The position numbers and the translations under genes are program-made. Below, one piece after another: positions 9,302-17,902 of a stretch of 64,000 nucleotides of DNA. This stretch comes from Gemmatimonadota bacterium. Its GTDB lineage: Bacteria; Gemmatimonadota; Gemmatimonadetes; Gemmatimonadales; GWC2-71-9. Where the stretch lies: positions 64,001-128,000 of the forward strand of contig JAZDCZ010000011.1 in assembly GCA_036679605.1 (NCBI GenBank), written 5' to 3'. Each line of letters starts with the position of its first letter. Position 1 is the first letter of the stretch. The notes under the pieces were generated by a model. The model saw only the letters and a list, made by a program, of their open reading frames with translations. It was not told the DNA's origin and did no database searches.

Positions 9302-11938
9302 CTATTCGGCGCGCAGCGCGGTTGCCGGATCTACTCGTGTAGCCCGCAGTGCTGGAAAGAACGCCGCCACGAGCCCGGCGGTACCCAACAGCAGCGTGAC
9401 AGCCGCAAAAGTTCTCGGATCCGTCGCCGAGACTTGGTAGAGCAACGCCTCAAGGGTTCTCGTTAGTGCGAACGCGCTGGCCAAACCGATCGTGAGCCCG
9501 GCAGCGATGACGCGCAGCTCTTCCCAGATTACCATCCCCAGGAGGTTGCCCGCGTCGGCGCCGATCGCCATTCGGATACCAATCTCTTGTGTGCGTGCTG
9601 CAACCGATTGCGCCGTGATCGCATAGACGCCCACGCCGGCCAGAACTAGCGCGACGGCCGCGAAGCCCGCAAGCAGCTTGGCGAAGATACCGCGTGCCCC
9701 GATCGAGGAGCGCACTACCGAATCGAGCGTCTGGATTCCGTATACCGGTTGTTGCGGATCGATGTCGAGGACCGCTTGCCGAATGGGTCGGACCAGCGTG
9801 AGCGGATCGACGGCGGTTCGGACGATCACGGTCAGGCCGCTTGGCCCGAACAACGTATGGGGGACGTAGGTCGTGCCGTCACCTTCGATGTCGAGTCCCT
9901 GGTCCCTGATATCGCCGACAACGCCGATGATTTCTTGTGCTCCCGTAGTGCCCCAGCGAAACTCGAGCTGTTTGCCCACCGGATTTTCGCCAGGCCAGTA
10001 GCGATCCGCGAGGTCTTTGCTGATGATCACGACATCGGGGTTTGTTCCCAGATCAATCCAGTCGAACGTACGGCCTCTGAGAAGTTGGATCTTCATGGTC
10101 TCGAAGTATCGAGGCGTGACGATCCGTTTCTTTGTACGCGGTGGATTGTCCTCGTTGTACTCCTGTCCCACTATGACGAAGGTGCCGTTGGTGTCGCCAC
10201 CGTCGAGCGGCAGGTGACTCGTCGCGCCGGCGTCCGCTACGCCTGGCAACGTGACCACACGGTCCATGAGTTCGTCCCAAAACTGCACGCGCTTCGCGGC
10301 CGTGTCGTACCGCTTTGCTGAGAGTGATACCTCGAGCGCTAACACGTTGTTCGCGTCGAATCCGGGATCTTCGTTGAGCAGGAGTAACGCGCTCTTGAGC
10401 ATGAGTGCCGCCCCCGTGAGCAGTACGAGAGACATAGCGACTTCCGCGCCCACGAGGAGCTTGCGCTGACGCCACGTCGTACGGCTTCCAGATACGCGGC
10501 CGGCTGCGCTCTCCTTGAGAGATTCCGCCACGTCGTGTCGACTGGCTCGCAAGGCGGGCAACAGACCAAACAACAATCCGGCGCCTAGCGAGAGCATCAG
10601 CGTGAATGCCGCCACGCGAACGTCAACGGCCGAAGTCGGTGCCAACGTCGCCGCCCGCTCGGCAGCAGCAGCAACCTGTTTAAGGAGGACATCTGAAAGG
10701 ACAAACCCTGCGACCCCGCCCAGAAGGCCCAGCAACGTGGTCTCGACGACGATTTGTCTGGCGAGTCTGAAGCGCCCAGCGCCTAGCGCGCTCCGAATGG
10801 CAAACTCTCGAGATCGGCCGGTGGTATGAGAAAGGAAAAGGCTTGCAAGGTTCGTGCAGACAATGAGGAGCAAGAAGGCAACGGCACCAGCCAGGACGCC
10901 CAAGAGTGTGTTAGCATCTCCGACAAGTCGTTCTCGAACGATCTGAAGTAAAATTCCGCTCGTCTCGACGGCCTCCTCCGTCAGGGCAAGCGCCAGTGCA
11001 TCAGCACGCGCCTGAGCTTGGACGCGCGACACATCTGAGCGTAGCCTGCCATACACCCGAAGGAAGTGTAGACTGGCGCGCATCCATTCTCTCTCGACCA
11101 ACGGCATCCAGACCGAGGCACTTCTCGATTCAACAAGGATCGATGCCTCGCGTGGCATCACACCGATCACCGTGTGCGACTCGTCGTTCAGGATGAGAGT
11201 CGTCCCCAGCACGGTGGGATCTGCGCCAAACCGGCTCTTCCAAAAGTGTTCGCTCAGCATCACGACGCGCGTTTCCCGATCACGATCAGTCTTGTCGAAA
11301 CCCCGTCCGAGCACGGGCGCAAGTCCCAGCACGGCTAGGAAGTCGCCAGCCAGGTACATCCCGCTCAGACGTTCGGGCCCCGTGTTGCTGAGCAGCGTGA
11401 AGCTCGCGGTGTATCTCGTGGCAATTGCTTGGAGAAACTCGGCACGCTCTTGCCAGTGCCGGAAGTCGGGATATGATGTGGGGGACGTTCCTTCGTCGTT
11501 TCCTTCCCAGAGCAGCGTGAGTTCATGGTCTCTGGGGAATGGCAGGGGACGAACGAGCGCGGCATCGACCACCGAGAAAACCGCAGTGTTTGCTCCGATC
11601 CCAAGGGCCAAGATCACAATGGCGACGATCGCGAAGCCCGGTCTGCGTCTCATTTGGCGCAACGCATATCTCAGATCTTGCCGGAGATCCAGCACGATCT
11701 GCAGCCGCCGAACTTTCCTTTCTCGGTTCCGGTCGATCTCGCGCATTTGCAGCTTCACCCGACCAATGTCGCCAAACAGCTTGAGCGCTTCGGCACGGGC
11801 CGCGTCGGGACTCCAACCAGCGGCAACGAGATCGTCGATCTGCATCTGCATGTGAGCATCGACTTCGGCTGCAACCGCTCGATCGATATGATCTTGGGTC
11901 TGGCAGCGTCTGTGTTCTTCGTTCGTTGAATCAGACAT
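9302..11938 (-). CDS. ADOP-type duplicated MacB/FtsX permease #1 (class A leader)
   Basis: DLRYALR...PGF...LALGIGANTAVFSVV, two FtsX halves (REFAIRSALGA; RTQEIGIRMAIGA), C-terminal PALRATRVDP. Leader EVDAHMQM...GWSPDAARAEALKLFG. Confidence 0.93.
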   Translation of the reverse strand: MSDSTNEEHRRCQTQDHIDRAVAAEVDAHMQMQIDDLVAAGWSPDAARAEALKLFGDIGRVKLQMREIDRNRERKVRRLQIVLDLRQDLRYALRQMRRRPGFAIVAIVILALGIGANTAVFSVVDAALVRPLPFPRDHELTLLWEGNDEGTSPTSYPDFRHWQERAEFLQAIATRYTASFTLLSNTGPERLSGMYLAGDFLAVLGLAPVLGRGFDKTDRDRETRVVMLSEHFWKSRFGADPTVLGTTLILNDESHTVIGVMPREASILVESRSASVWMPLVEREWMRASLHFLRVYGRLRSDVSRVQAQARADALALALTEEAVETSGILLQIVRERLVGDANTLLGVLAGAVAFLLLIVCTNLASLFLSHTTGRSREFAIRSALGAGRFRLARQIVVETTLLGLLGGVAGFVLSDVLLKQVAAAAERAATLAPTSAVDVRVAAFTLMLSLGAGLLFGLLPALRASRHDVAESLKESAAGRVSGSRTTWRQRKLLVGAEVAMSLVLLTGAALMLKSALLLLNEDPGFDANNVLALEVSLSAKRYDTAAKRVQFWDELMDRVVTLPGVADAGATSHLPLDGGDTNGTFVIVGQEYNEDNPPRTKKRIVTPRYFETMKIQLLRGRTFDWIDLGTNPDVVIISKDLADRYWPGENPVGKQLEFRWGTTGAQEIIGVVGDIRDQGLDIEGDGTTYVPHTLFGPSGLTVIVRTAVDPLTLVRPIRQAVLDIDPQQPVYGIQTLDSVVRSSIGARGIFAKLLAGFAAVALVLAGVGVYAITAQSVAARTQEIGIRMAIGADAGNLLGMVIWEELRVIAAGLTIGLASAFALTRTLEALLYQVSATDPRTFAAVTLLLGTAGLVAAFFPALRATRVDPATALRAE

Positions 11939-11956
11939 TGAGTGTCACCGAGCTGG

Positions 11957-12292
11957 TTATTCGGATGCGTTGACGACCTTCCAGACCGCTTGGGAGATGC
12001 GTTGCCATCTGGAGATCTCCTTCTGTAAGTGTTTTTCTCCGCGTCGGGTGAGGTGGTAGTACTTGGCTTTCCGGTTGTTCTCCGACACGCCCCAATCGGA
12101 GGCAATCAACCGCCGCGCCTCGAGCCGGTGCAGGGCGGGGTAAAGCGCCCCGTCATCGATCGTCATCGCCTCTTCGGTCGTTTCGCGAATCCATTTCACG
12201 ACGCCGTATCCGTGCACGGCTCCATGTCGAAGACTCTTCAGGATCATCAGATCCAGCGTGCCCTTGAGGACTTGCGGCTCCTCGTGGCTCAT
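11957..12292 (-). CDS. PadR-family repressor #1 (class A, acidobacterial TIGR03433-like)
   Basis: LKGTLDLMILK...HGYG...GALYPALHRLE...WGVSENNRKAKYY. Confidence 0.93.
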   Translation of the reverse strand: MSHEEPQVLKGTLDLMILKSLRHGAVHGYGVVKWIRETTEEAMTIDDGALYPALHRLEARRLIASDWGVSENNRKAKYYHLTRRGEKHLQKEISRWQRISQAVWKVVNASE

Positions 12293-12301
12293 GGGAGACA
12301 G

Positions 12302-12357
12302 CTCCCCTATAAGTTCTAGAGGAGTGTACGGTGGTTCCTCTATAAGTTCAAGGGGAG
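12302..12357 (-). promoter_or_regulatory. sigma70 promoter with two palindromic operators (padR #1)
   Basis: CTCCCCTA-taagttc-TAGAGGAG (12302-12324) and TTCCTCTA-taagttc-AAGGGGAG (12335-12357), 33 bp apart. Minus strand reads TTGAAC-17bp-TACACT. Confidence 0.8.
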
Positions 12358-12464
12358 CACGTCCGAGGAAGCTCGAGATGGCGGCGATGGGACCTGGCGC
12401 GTTATCGGCGCGGTGGCGTGTGATGCTGACAACGCGCGTTAGGGCCGAACCTGAAATCTAGGGG

Positions 12465-12498
12465 TTGACATGTCAAGAAGTGCTAATAATTTAGCACT
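12465..12498 (+). promoter_or_regulatory. Promoter and operator of the blaI/M56 operon
   Basis: TTGACA at 12465-12470. Perfect inverted repeat AGTGCTAA-taat-TTAGCACT at 12479-12498 covers the -10 region. Confidence 0.75.
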
Positions 12499-12563
12499 AG
12501 GTTAAAAAACCAGCATATCACACGGTTTGGTGTGGCCGCACGCCTTATTAAGGAGTAGCACGA

Positions 12564-12953
12564 ATGCTCGAACTAGCCTCAAGCGCCTTGAGTCGTCGGG
12601 AGCGCCAAATCATGGACGTCATCTACCGCCAAGGATCCGCCACCGCGCAAGACGTTCGCGAGCAGATCGCCGACGCTCCCAGCTATTCTGCCGTTCGGGC
12701 GTTGCTGCGGGTACTCGAAGAGAAGGGGCATGTCCGGCATCGGCACGACGGTCCCCGCTACGTGTATTCCCCAACGGTCACACGGGGGCGGGCGCGCCAG
12801 TCCGCGTTGCGACAGCTGCTCAAGACGTTCTTTGACGATTCTCCTGAGGCAGCGGTTGCTGCACTGCTAGACATGTCCCACTCCGACCTCTCGGACCAGG
12901 AACTCGGTCGGTTGGCCAAGCTGATCGCGCAGGCGAAGAAGGAAGGACGGTAG
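12564..12953 (+). CDS. BlaI/MecI/CopY-family repressor
   Basis: LSRRERQIMDVIY...SYSAVRALLRVLEEKG...YVYSP...FFDDS. AAGGAG SD upstream. Confidence 0.93.
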   Translation: MLELASSALSRRERQIMDVIYRQGSATAQDVREQIADAPSYSAVRALLRVLEEKGHVRHRHDGPRYVYSPTVTRGRARQSALRQLLKTFFDDSPEAAVAALLDMSHSDLSDQELGRLAKLIAQAKKEGR

Positions 12954-12955
12954 GT

Positions 12956-15733
12956 ATGTCCATATTGCTCGCGCTGAGTCTCAAGATCGCCGCGGTCCTT
13001 GCCGCGACTGGTCTCGTGTCGTTGTTCCTACATCGTGCCTCGGCGTCGCAGCGGCATCTGGTTTGGACGCTTGGTTTGGGTGTCGCGCTCGCGTTGCCGG
13101 CCCTGGCCGTGTTCTCCCCCACGTGGAGCGTTCCTCTGAGCGAGGTATTCGGGGAGGAAGCGCCGGCCGTGGCCGCCGCGGGGTCACAAGCAACCCCACT
13201 GGGGTCCGAACCTACGCCTCGGGAGGTGACGCAGCTGCCTGCCAGCGCGCGCGCGACGACGGAGCCGAGCGAAGATGTCAGCGGTGCACCCGTCCCAGCG
13301 GCAGCACCCGTCCGTCCGAACCCGGCGGGTGTCAGCGCGACTGTTGGCACCCGGCGGTCGTGGACGGCCTCGATTCCGCCGACCGCGCAAATTCTCGTGT
13401 GGAGCTGGCTCGCCGTGACGGCAGTGCTGTTGTGTACGATCGGATTGTCACTAGCGCGCGTTGCACGACTCGGTGCGCGCTCGACGCCGATCACCGACCC
13501 AAGAATCCGACAAATGGCCCGCCGCCTCTCGGACCAGCTCGGTATCCGGCGCCCGGTCCGGCTGGTTGGAGGGGATGCGTCGAGCATGCCGATGATATGG
13601 GGCGCGACGGTACCGGTGCTCCATCTACCTAACACGGCGTCGAGCTGGACCGACGATCGCCTGCGAGCGGTGCTGCTCCACGAGTTGGCCCACGTTCGCC
13701 GCTACGACTATGCGACGCAGCTCATGGCCCGGCTCGCGTGCGCAATTCACTGGTTTAACCCGTTGATGTGGGTGGCAGCGTACCGGCTGCGCGTCGAGCG
13801 CGAGCTGGCCTGCGATGACGTGGTCATCAACGCGGGATCGAAGCCTTCGTCGTATGCCGCTCACCTGCTGTACATCGCCCGATCGCTGCGTGTGGGTGCG
13901 ATCGAGTCGGTGGCGTCTATCGCTATGGCCAAACGCTCACAGTTGAGCGGGCGTCTGTTGGCGGTGCTCGATCCAGGCCGCGCGCGCTACGCAGTCTCAC
14001 CGAAGGGAGTCCTCAGGGCTTGTGCGGTCGCGCTGCCCATCGCCGTGCTGATCGCCGGCGCCAGCGGGGCAGCGGTCGCTGATTCGACCGACCCTGTGAC
14101 CACGCTCGGTACACCGGCGACGCCGATGGCGTCGATCGAGTTCGAAGAGCCGACTCTGGAGTCCCGGGCTACGACATCCGTCCCCGAGCTACCAGCCCGA
14201 GGCACTCATGCACTCCCGCAGTGGTCGCAATCGTGTGACTGGGCCGACAGCGAGGGACGACGGTCCTCGTCCATGTCCATCGAGGACGATCGTATCCGGA
14301 TCAGTCTCCGCATCGGCGAGTGCTGGCTCGACGTCAAGGCAATGGGCGATATCACGTTCAGCGACGACGAGCGCGACATCATCTCCATCACCCGTGGCGG
14401 GTTCCTCGAGATCGAGGAGCGAAACGGGAGGGATCGCCGCGGCGTGATCATCGAATCGGGAGCCAACGGGCTCGACCGCAAGTGGATCGTAAACGGGATC
14501 GAGCAGCCATTCGGCCAGGACGCGACCGACTGGCTGGCCAGAATGGTGCCGATGATGTTCCGGGTAGCCGGGTTGGATGCCGAGGCGCGCGCCGCTCGCA
14601 TCTACGCGCGCGGCGGCGCGGAAGCAGTGCTCCAGGAGATCGAGTTCATTGCGAGCGACCACGTGGCAGCGAAGTACTTCGCGGTGCTGTTGTCGCAGGA
14701 CGATGTGGACACGAAGACGGTGCGCCGCGTGATCAGGCAGGCAGGCGCGCAGATTTCCTCGGACTACGCGTTGGCGGCGTTGTTGATCACGGTGGCAGAG
14801 AAGCAGCCACTCGATGACACTGTCCTTGCGGTCTACGTCGAGGCGGCCAACACCTTGGGATCGGATCACGAACACGGTCGGGTGCTGCGCGCCGTGCTGA
14901 CCCGCGAGAATATATCCCGGGGGCTAGCTGATGCGATGCTCAAATCTGCCAGGCAGATCGAGTCCGACTACGAGGTTTCAAGACTGCTCCTCGCGGTGAT
15001 CGACCGGCATCCGATCGACGACGCGTTGACACCCGCGTTCATTGCGGTGGTGGAATCCATTGGATCGGATCACGAACGCGGTCGCGTACTCGAGGCAGCG
15101 CTCAAAGCGGGTGCGCCGAGTCTCCCGGTGCTGGATCGAATCCTGGAGTCGGCGCGTGGGATCGAGTCCGACCACACGCTCTCCACGCTACTCATGCGTG
15201 TTGGTGAGCTGTATCCCCTCGACCGGCAGCTGCCACGGAGTTTCGTTGCCGCCGCGAAAACCCTCGATTCTGACCACAACCTGAGTCAGGTTCTCTCGAC
15301 GCTGCTCGAGCGTGATGCCTTAGGGGAAGACGCGCTACTGCAGGTGCTGGATGTGACCGCGGAAATGGAATCGGATCATAGCATGTCGCAAGTCTTGATG
15401 CTGGTGGCTGACCGCTACGCGCTCAACGGCCGAGTCGGCCAGAAGTACCTCCGCGCGGTAAGCCGGTCGGGCTCGGACTTCGAGCGCGGCCGCCTGCTGA
15501 CCGCCGCGATCGATCGAGCTTCCATCAGCACCGAGATGTTGAGTGGAGTGCTGGAGGTGGCTGCCTCGATTGAATCGGAGCACACACTGGCGACCCTTCT
15601 GATCAAGGTCGCGCAGCGTCACGGGGTATCGGATGACATCCGGGCGAGTTTCATGCGGGCTACTGACGCACTCGGCTCCACTCACCAGCGTGGTAGAGTG
15701 CTCGACGCGGCGTTCCCTCGCAACGGGAACTAG
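12956..15733 (+). CDS. BlaR1-like M56 metallopeptidase sensor with C-terminal helical repeat domain
   Basis: TM helices, HELAH zinc motif, WFNPLMW, ERELACDD. C-terminal ~35-aa repeats with xSD(H/Y) signature. Starts 2 nt after blaI. Confidence 0.9.
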   Translation: MSILLALSLKIAAVLAATGLVSLFLHRASASQRHLVWTLGLGVALALPALAVFSPTWSVPLSEVFGEEAPAVAAAGSQATPLGSEPTPREVTQLPASARATTEPSEDVSGAPVPAAAPVRPNPAGVSATVGTRRSWTASIPPTAQILVWSWLAVTAVLLCTIGLSLARVARLGARSTPITDPRIRQMARRLSDQLGIRRPVRLVGGDASSMPMIWGATVPVLHLPNTASSWTDDRLRAVLLHELAHVRRYDYATQLMARLACAIHWFNPLMWVAAYRLRVERELACDDVVINAGSKPSSYAAHLLYIARSLRVGAIESVASIAMAKRSQLSGRLLAVLDPGRARYAVSPKGVLRACAVALPIAVLIAGASGAAVADSTDPVTTLGTPATPMASIEFEEPTLESRATTSVPELPARGTHALPQWSQSCDWADSEGRRSSSMSIEDDRIRISLRIGECWLDVKAMGDITFSDDERDIISITRGGFLEIEERNGRDRRGVIIESGANGLDRKWIVNGIEQPFGQDATDWLARMVPMMFRVAGLDAEARAARIYARGGAEAVLQEIEFIASDHVAAKYFAVLLSQDDVDTKTVRRVIRQAGAQISSDYALAALLITVAEKQPLDDTVLAVYVEAANTLGSDHEHGRVLRAVLTRENISRGLADAMLKSARQIESDYEVSRLLLAVIDRHPIDDALTPAFIAVVESIGSDHERGRVLEAALKAGAPSLPVLDRILESARGIESDHTLSTLLMRVGELYPLDRQLPRSFVAAAKTLDSDHNLSQVLSTLLERDALGEDALLQVLDVTAEMESDHSMSQVLMLVADRYALNGRVGQKYLRAVSRSGSDFERGRLLTAAIDRASISTEMLSGVLEVAASIESEHTLATLLIKVAQRHGVSDDIRASFMRATDALGSTHQRGRVLDAAFPRNGN

Positions 15734-15884
15734 CCCTCACCGGCGGCTTGGCCGGGGACACACACGAAAGCGACTTGTCCCACTCGGGGGATCTTATTAG
15801 AATAAGGTAGATAAATTTTAATAACCTCCGGGCGGAGCCGCTGCCCGATTCAAAGATCGAGGCTGATCTGAGGAGGGAGACCCC

Positions 15885-16937
15885 ATGAAACTGACCTGGC
15901 GACGTGGAGTTCGTTGGCTGGTGAGGCTCGGTCTGGTCGGGATTGCGCTCACGGTTATCGCGGGATCCGTCGCTTGGGTCATCGAAACGCGTCTGCAGTC
16001 GCGAGATGAACGCCGGTATCCCCCACCCGGCCGACTGGTGAACGTCGGCAATCACTCGATGCACATCCGCTGCTTGGGCACCGGCACCCCAACCGTCGTC
16101 TTGGAGGCCGGCGTCCAGTTCTGGTCTTCCCAATGGTATTGGGTCCATCGTAGGGTTGCCGAGGGGACGCGAGTGTGTGCCTACGACCGCTCGGGCCTCG
16201 GGTGGAGCGAACCGGGGCCGGGGCCGTATGACGGCGAATCGATGGCTCGTGAGCTTCGAGCTCTGCTCGGAAACGCCACAGAGTCCGGCCCCTACGTTCT
16301 GGTCGGACACTCCCTGGGCGGCATGCTCGTCCGCATCTACTATCGGCTCTTCCCGGATGAGGTCGCCGGTCTCGTCCTGGTCGATCCCGGAATCCCCACC
16401 GAGTTCCTCGACCCCGACGAAGACCTCGAAGCCACGTGCGGATGGCGCTGTTCGGCTGCGAGGACCCTGGCTTCCCTCGGAATCTTCCGCCGGACGTATG
16501 CCGGCATCATGACGAATCCGCAGTACCCGGCTGCGGTCGTCCCGCAGACCCGGGCGCTACTTGGGACGCCCGCCGCCACGTATGCGGCGACACGGACGCT
16601 GGCTCGCGTCGGGCGAACGTCCGCTCAGACGATGGCGAACGACGATCTTGACGCGGTCCCGTTGGTTATCCTGCGCTCGCAAGATTTCCGTCTCGACGAA
16701 GACGTAGAGGAGGAGATCCTACAGCGACACCGAGCACGCCGCCAACGCATTCTCGCGGGGATGAGCGAGATCCTGGACCTTTCGAGTCGAAGCCGGGGGC
16801 CCATCGTCGTCGAGGGATCGAATCACGAATCCCTCATCATGTATGATCGGCACGCGAGGATCGTGAGCGAAGAGATCGACGAGATGGTGCGCTCGATTCG
16901 GGAAGGAGGCGCATCAGCGAAATCCCGGCAGCCGTAA
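15885..16937 (+). CDS. Alpha/beta-fold hydrolase with N-terminal membrane anchor
   Basis: YPPPGRLV, YDRSGLGWS, nucleophile elbow GHSLG, C-terminal GSNH. GGAGGGAG SD upstream. Confidence 0.88.
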   Translation: MKLTWRRGVRWLVRLGLVGIALTVIAGSVAWVIETRLQSRDERRYPPPGRLVNVGNHSMHIRCLGTGTPTVVLEAGVQFWSSQWYWVHRRVAEGTRVCAYDRSGLGWSEPGPGPYDGESMARELRALLGNATESGPYVLVGHSLGGMLVRIYYRLFPDEVAGLVLVDPGIPTEFLDPDEDLEATCGWRCSAARTLASLGIFRRTYAGIMTNPQYPAAVVPQTRALLGTPAATYAATRTLARVGRTSAQTMANDDLDAVPLVILRSQDFRLDEDVEEEILQRHRARRQRILAGMSEILDLSSRSRGPIVVEGSNHESLIMYDRHARIVSEEIDEMVRSIREGGASAKSRQP

Positions 16938-16961
16938 TCGGCGATCAAAGCCCGAGAAGCG

Positions 16962-17554
16962 ATGGCGCCAGGGAAGGAAAATGGTCGGCCATTCGCGAGA
17001 TCTCCCGCATTCGAGCACTTGACTCACCGATCCGGCAGGAGATCCTCGACAGCGTGCAGGCCATGGGGCTGTGCGCCATTGGCGACATCGCGCGCGCGCT
17101 GAACCGGGCGCCTGAGAACCTCTACTACCACGTCGCGCGACTCATCGACGTCGGCTTGCTGCGCGAGGTCGGCAAGAGGTCGACCCCGGGCCGACCCGAG
17201 GTCCTGTACGACATGCCCGCCGGAAAGCTGCGCGTCCTGTACGATCCCGAGGATCCGGCGAATGTCGAGGCGGTCACTGATGTGGCGCGCTCGATGCTGC
17301 GGGTCGCCGAGAAGGATTTCCGCACGGGGTTCCTCCCTGGCTTGGCGGTAGCCTCGGGGCCGGGTCGCAACCTTTGGGCGGCCCGGACCAAGGGGTGGGT
17401 GCGTCCCGAAGACCTGGCCGAGGTCAATCGGCTCCTGAACCGGCTCGCCGATCTGTTGATCGACGGGAACTCCTCGGAGGGCGGCTCGCTGATCGCACTA
17501 ACGTGGATCCTAGCCCCGGTCACCCGACGCGACGCCATACAGCAGGACTCTTGA
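16962..17554 (+). CDS. Winged-helix (ArsR/HTH_20-like) regulator, apparently frameshifted near its 5' end
   Basis: The frame of ORF 17054-17554 continues upstream as IRALDSPIRQEILD, the first HTH helix, and contains LYYHVARLIDVGLL. The only nearby upstream ATG that would fit (16962) is one base out of frame across an A4 run. Confidence 0.65.
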
Positions 17555-17902
17555 AAGGGGATCACAGACCGGCGCATTCCATACACGGTCCTTGCCCACA
17601 GCTGGAAGCCGAACGGCGAATCTTGCGACACGAGGCGCCACAGGCAATCCGACCGCACTGCTTCTACCGACCATCAACAATCCCTCTGCAACGATGAAGC
17701 GGTTGCCTCCAGCTCCACCGCGGTGACCTAGCTGGGAAACAGGGGTTTGAGCACTTGCATTCGCCCGAACCGGGCGTTAATTTGCAGTGCAATAGATGCA
17801 CTGCAGTTATTTCCATTGACGCCCCCCAATGGTGCTTGGGACCAAGGGTACTGGACGGCCGGCCCACACCACCTTCACCCCGTTTACTCAGGAGACCAAA
17901 CA

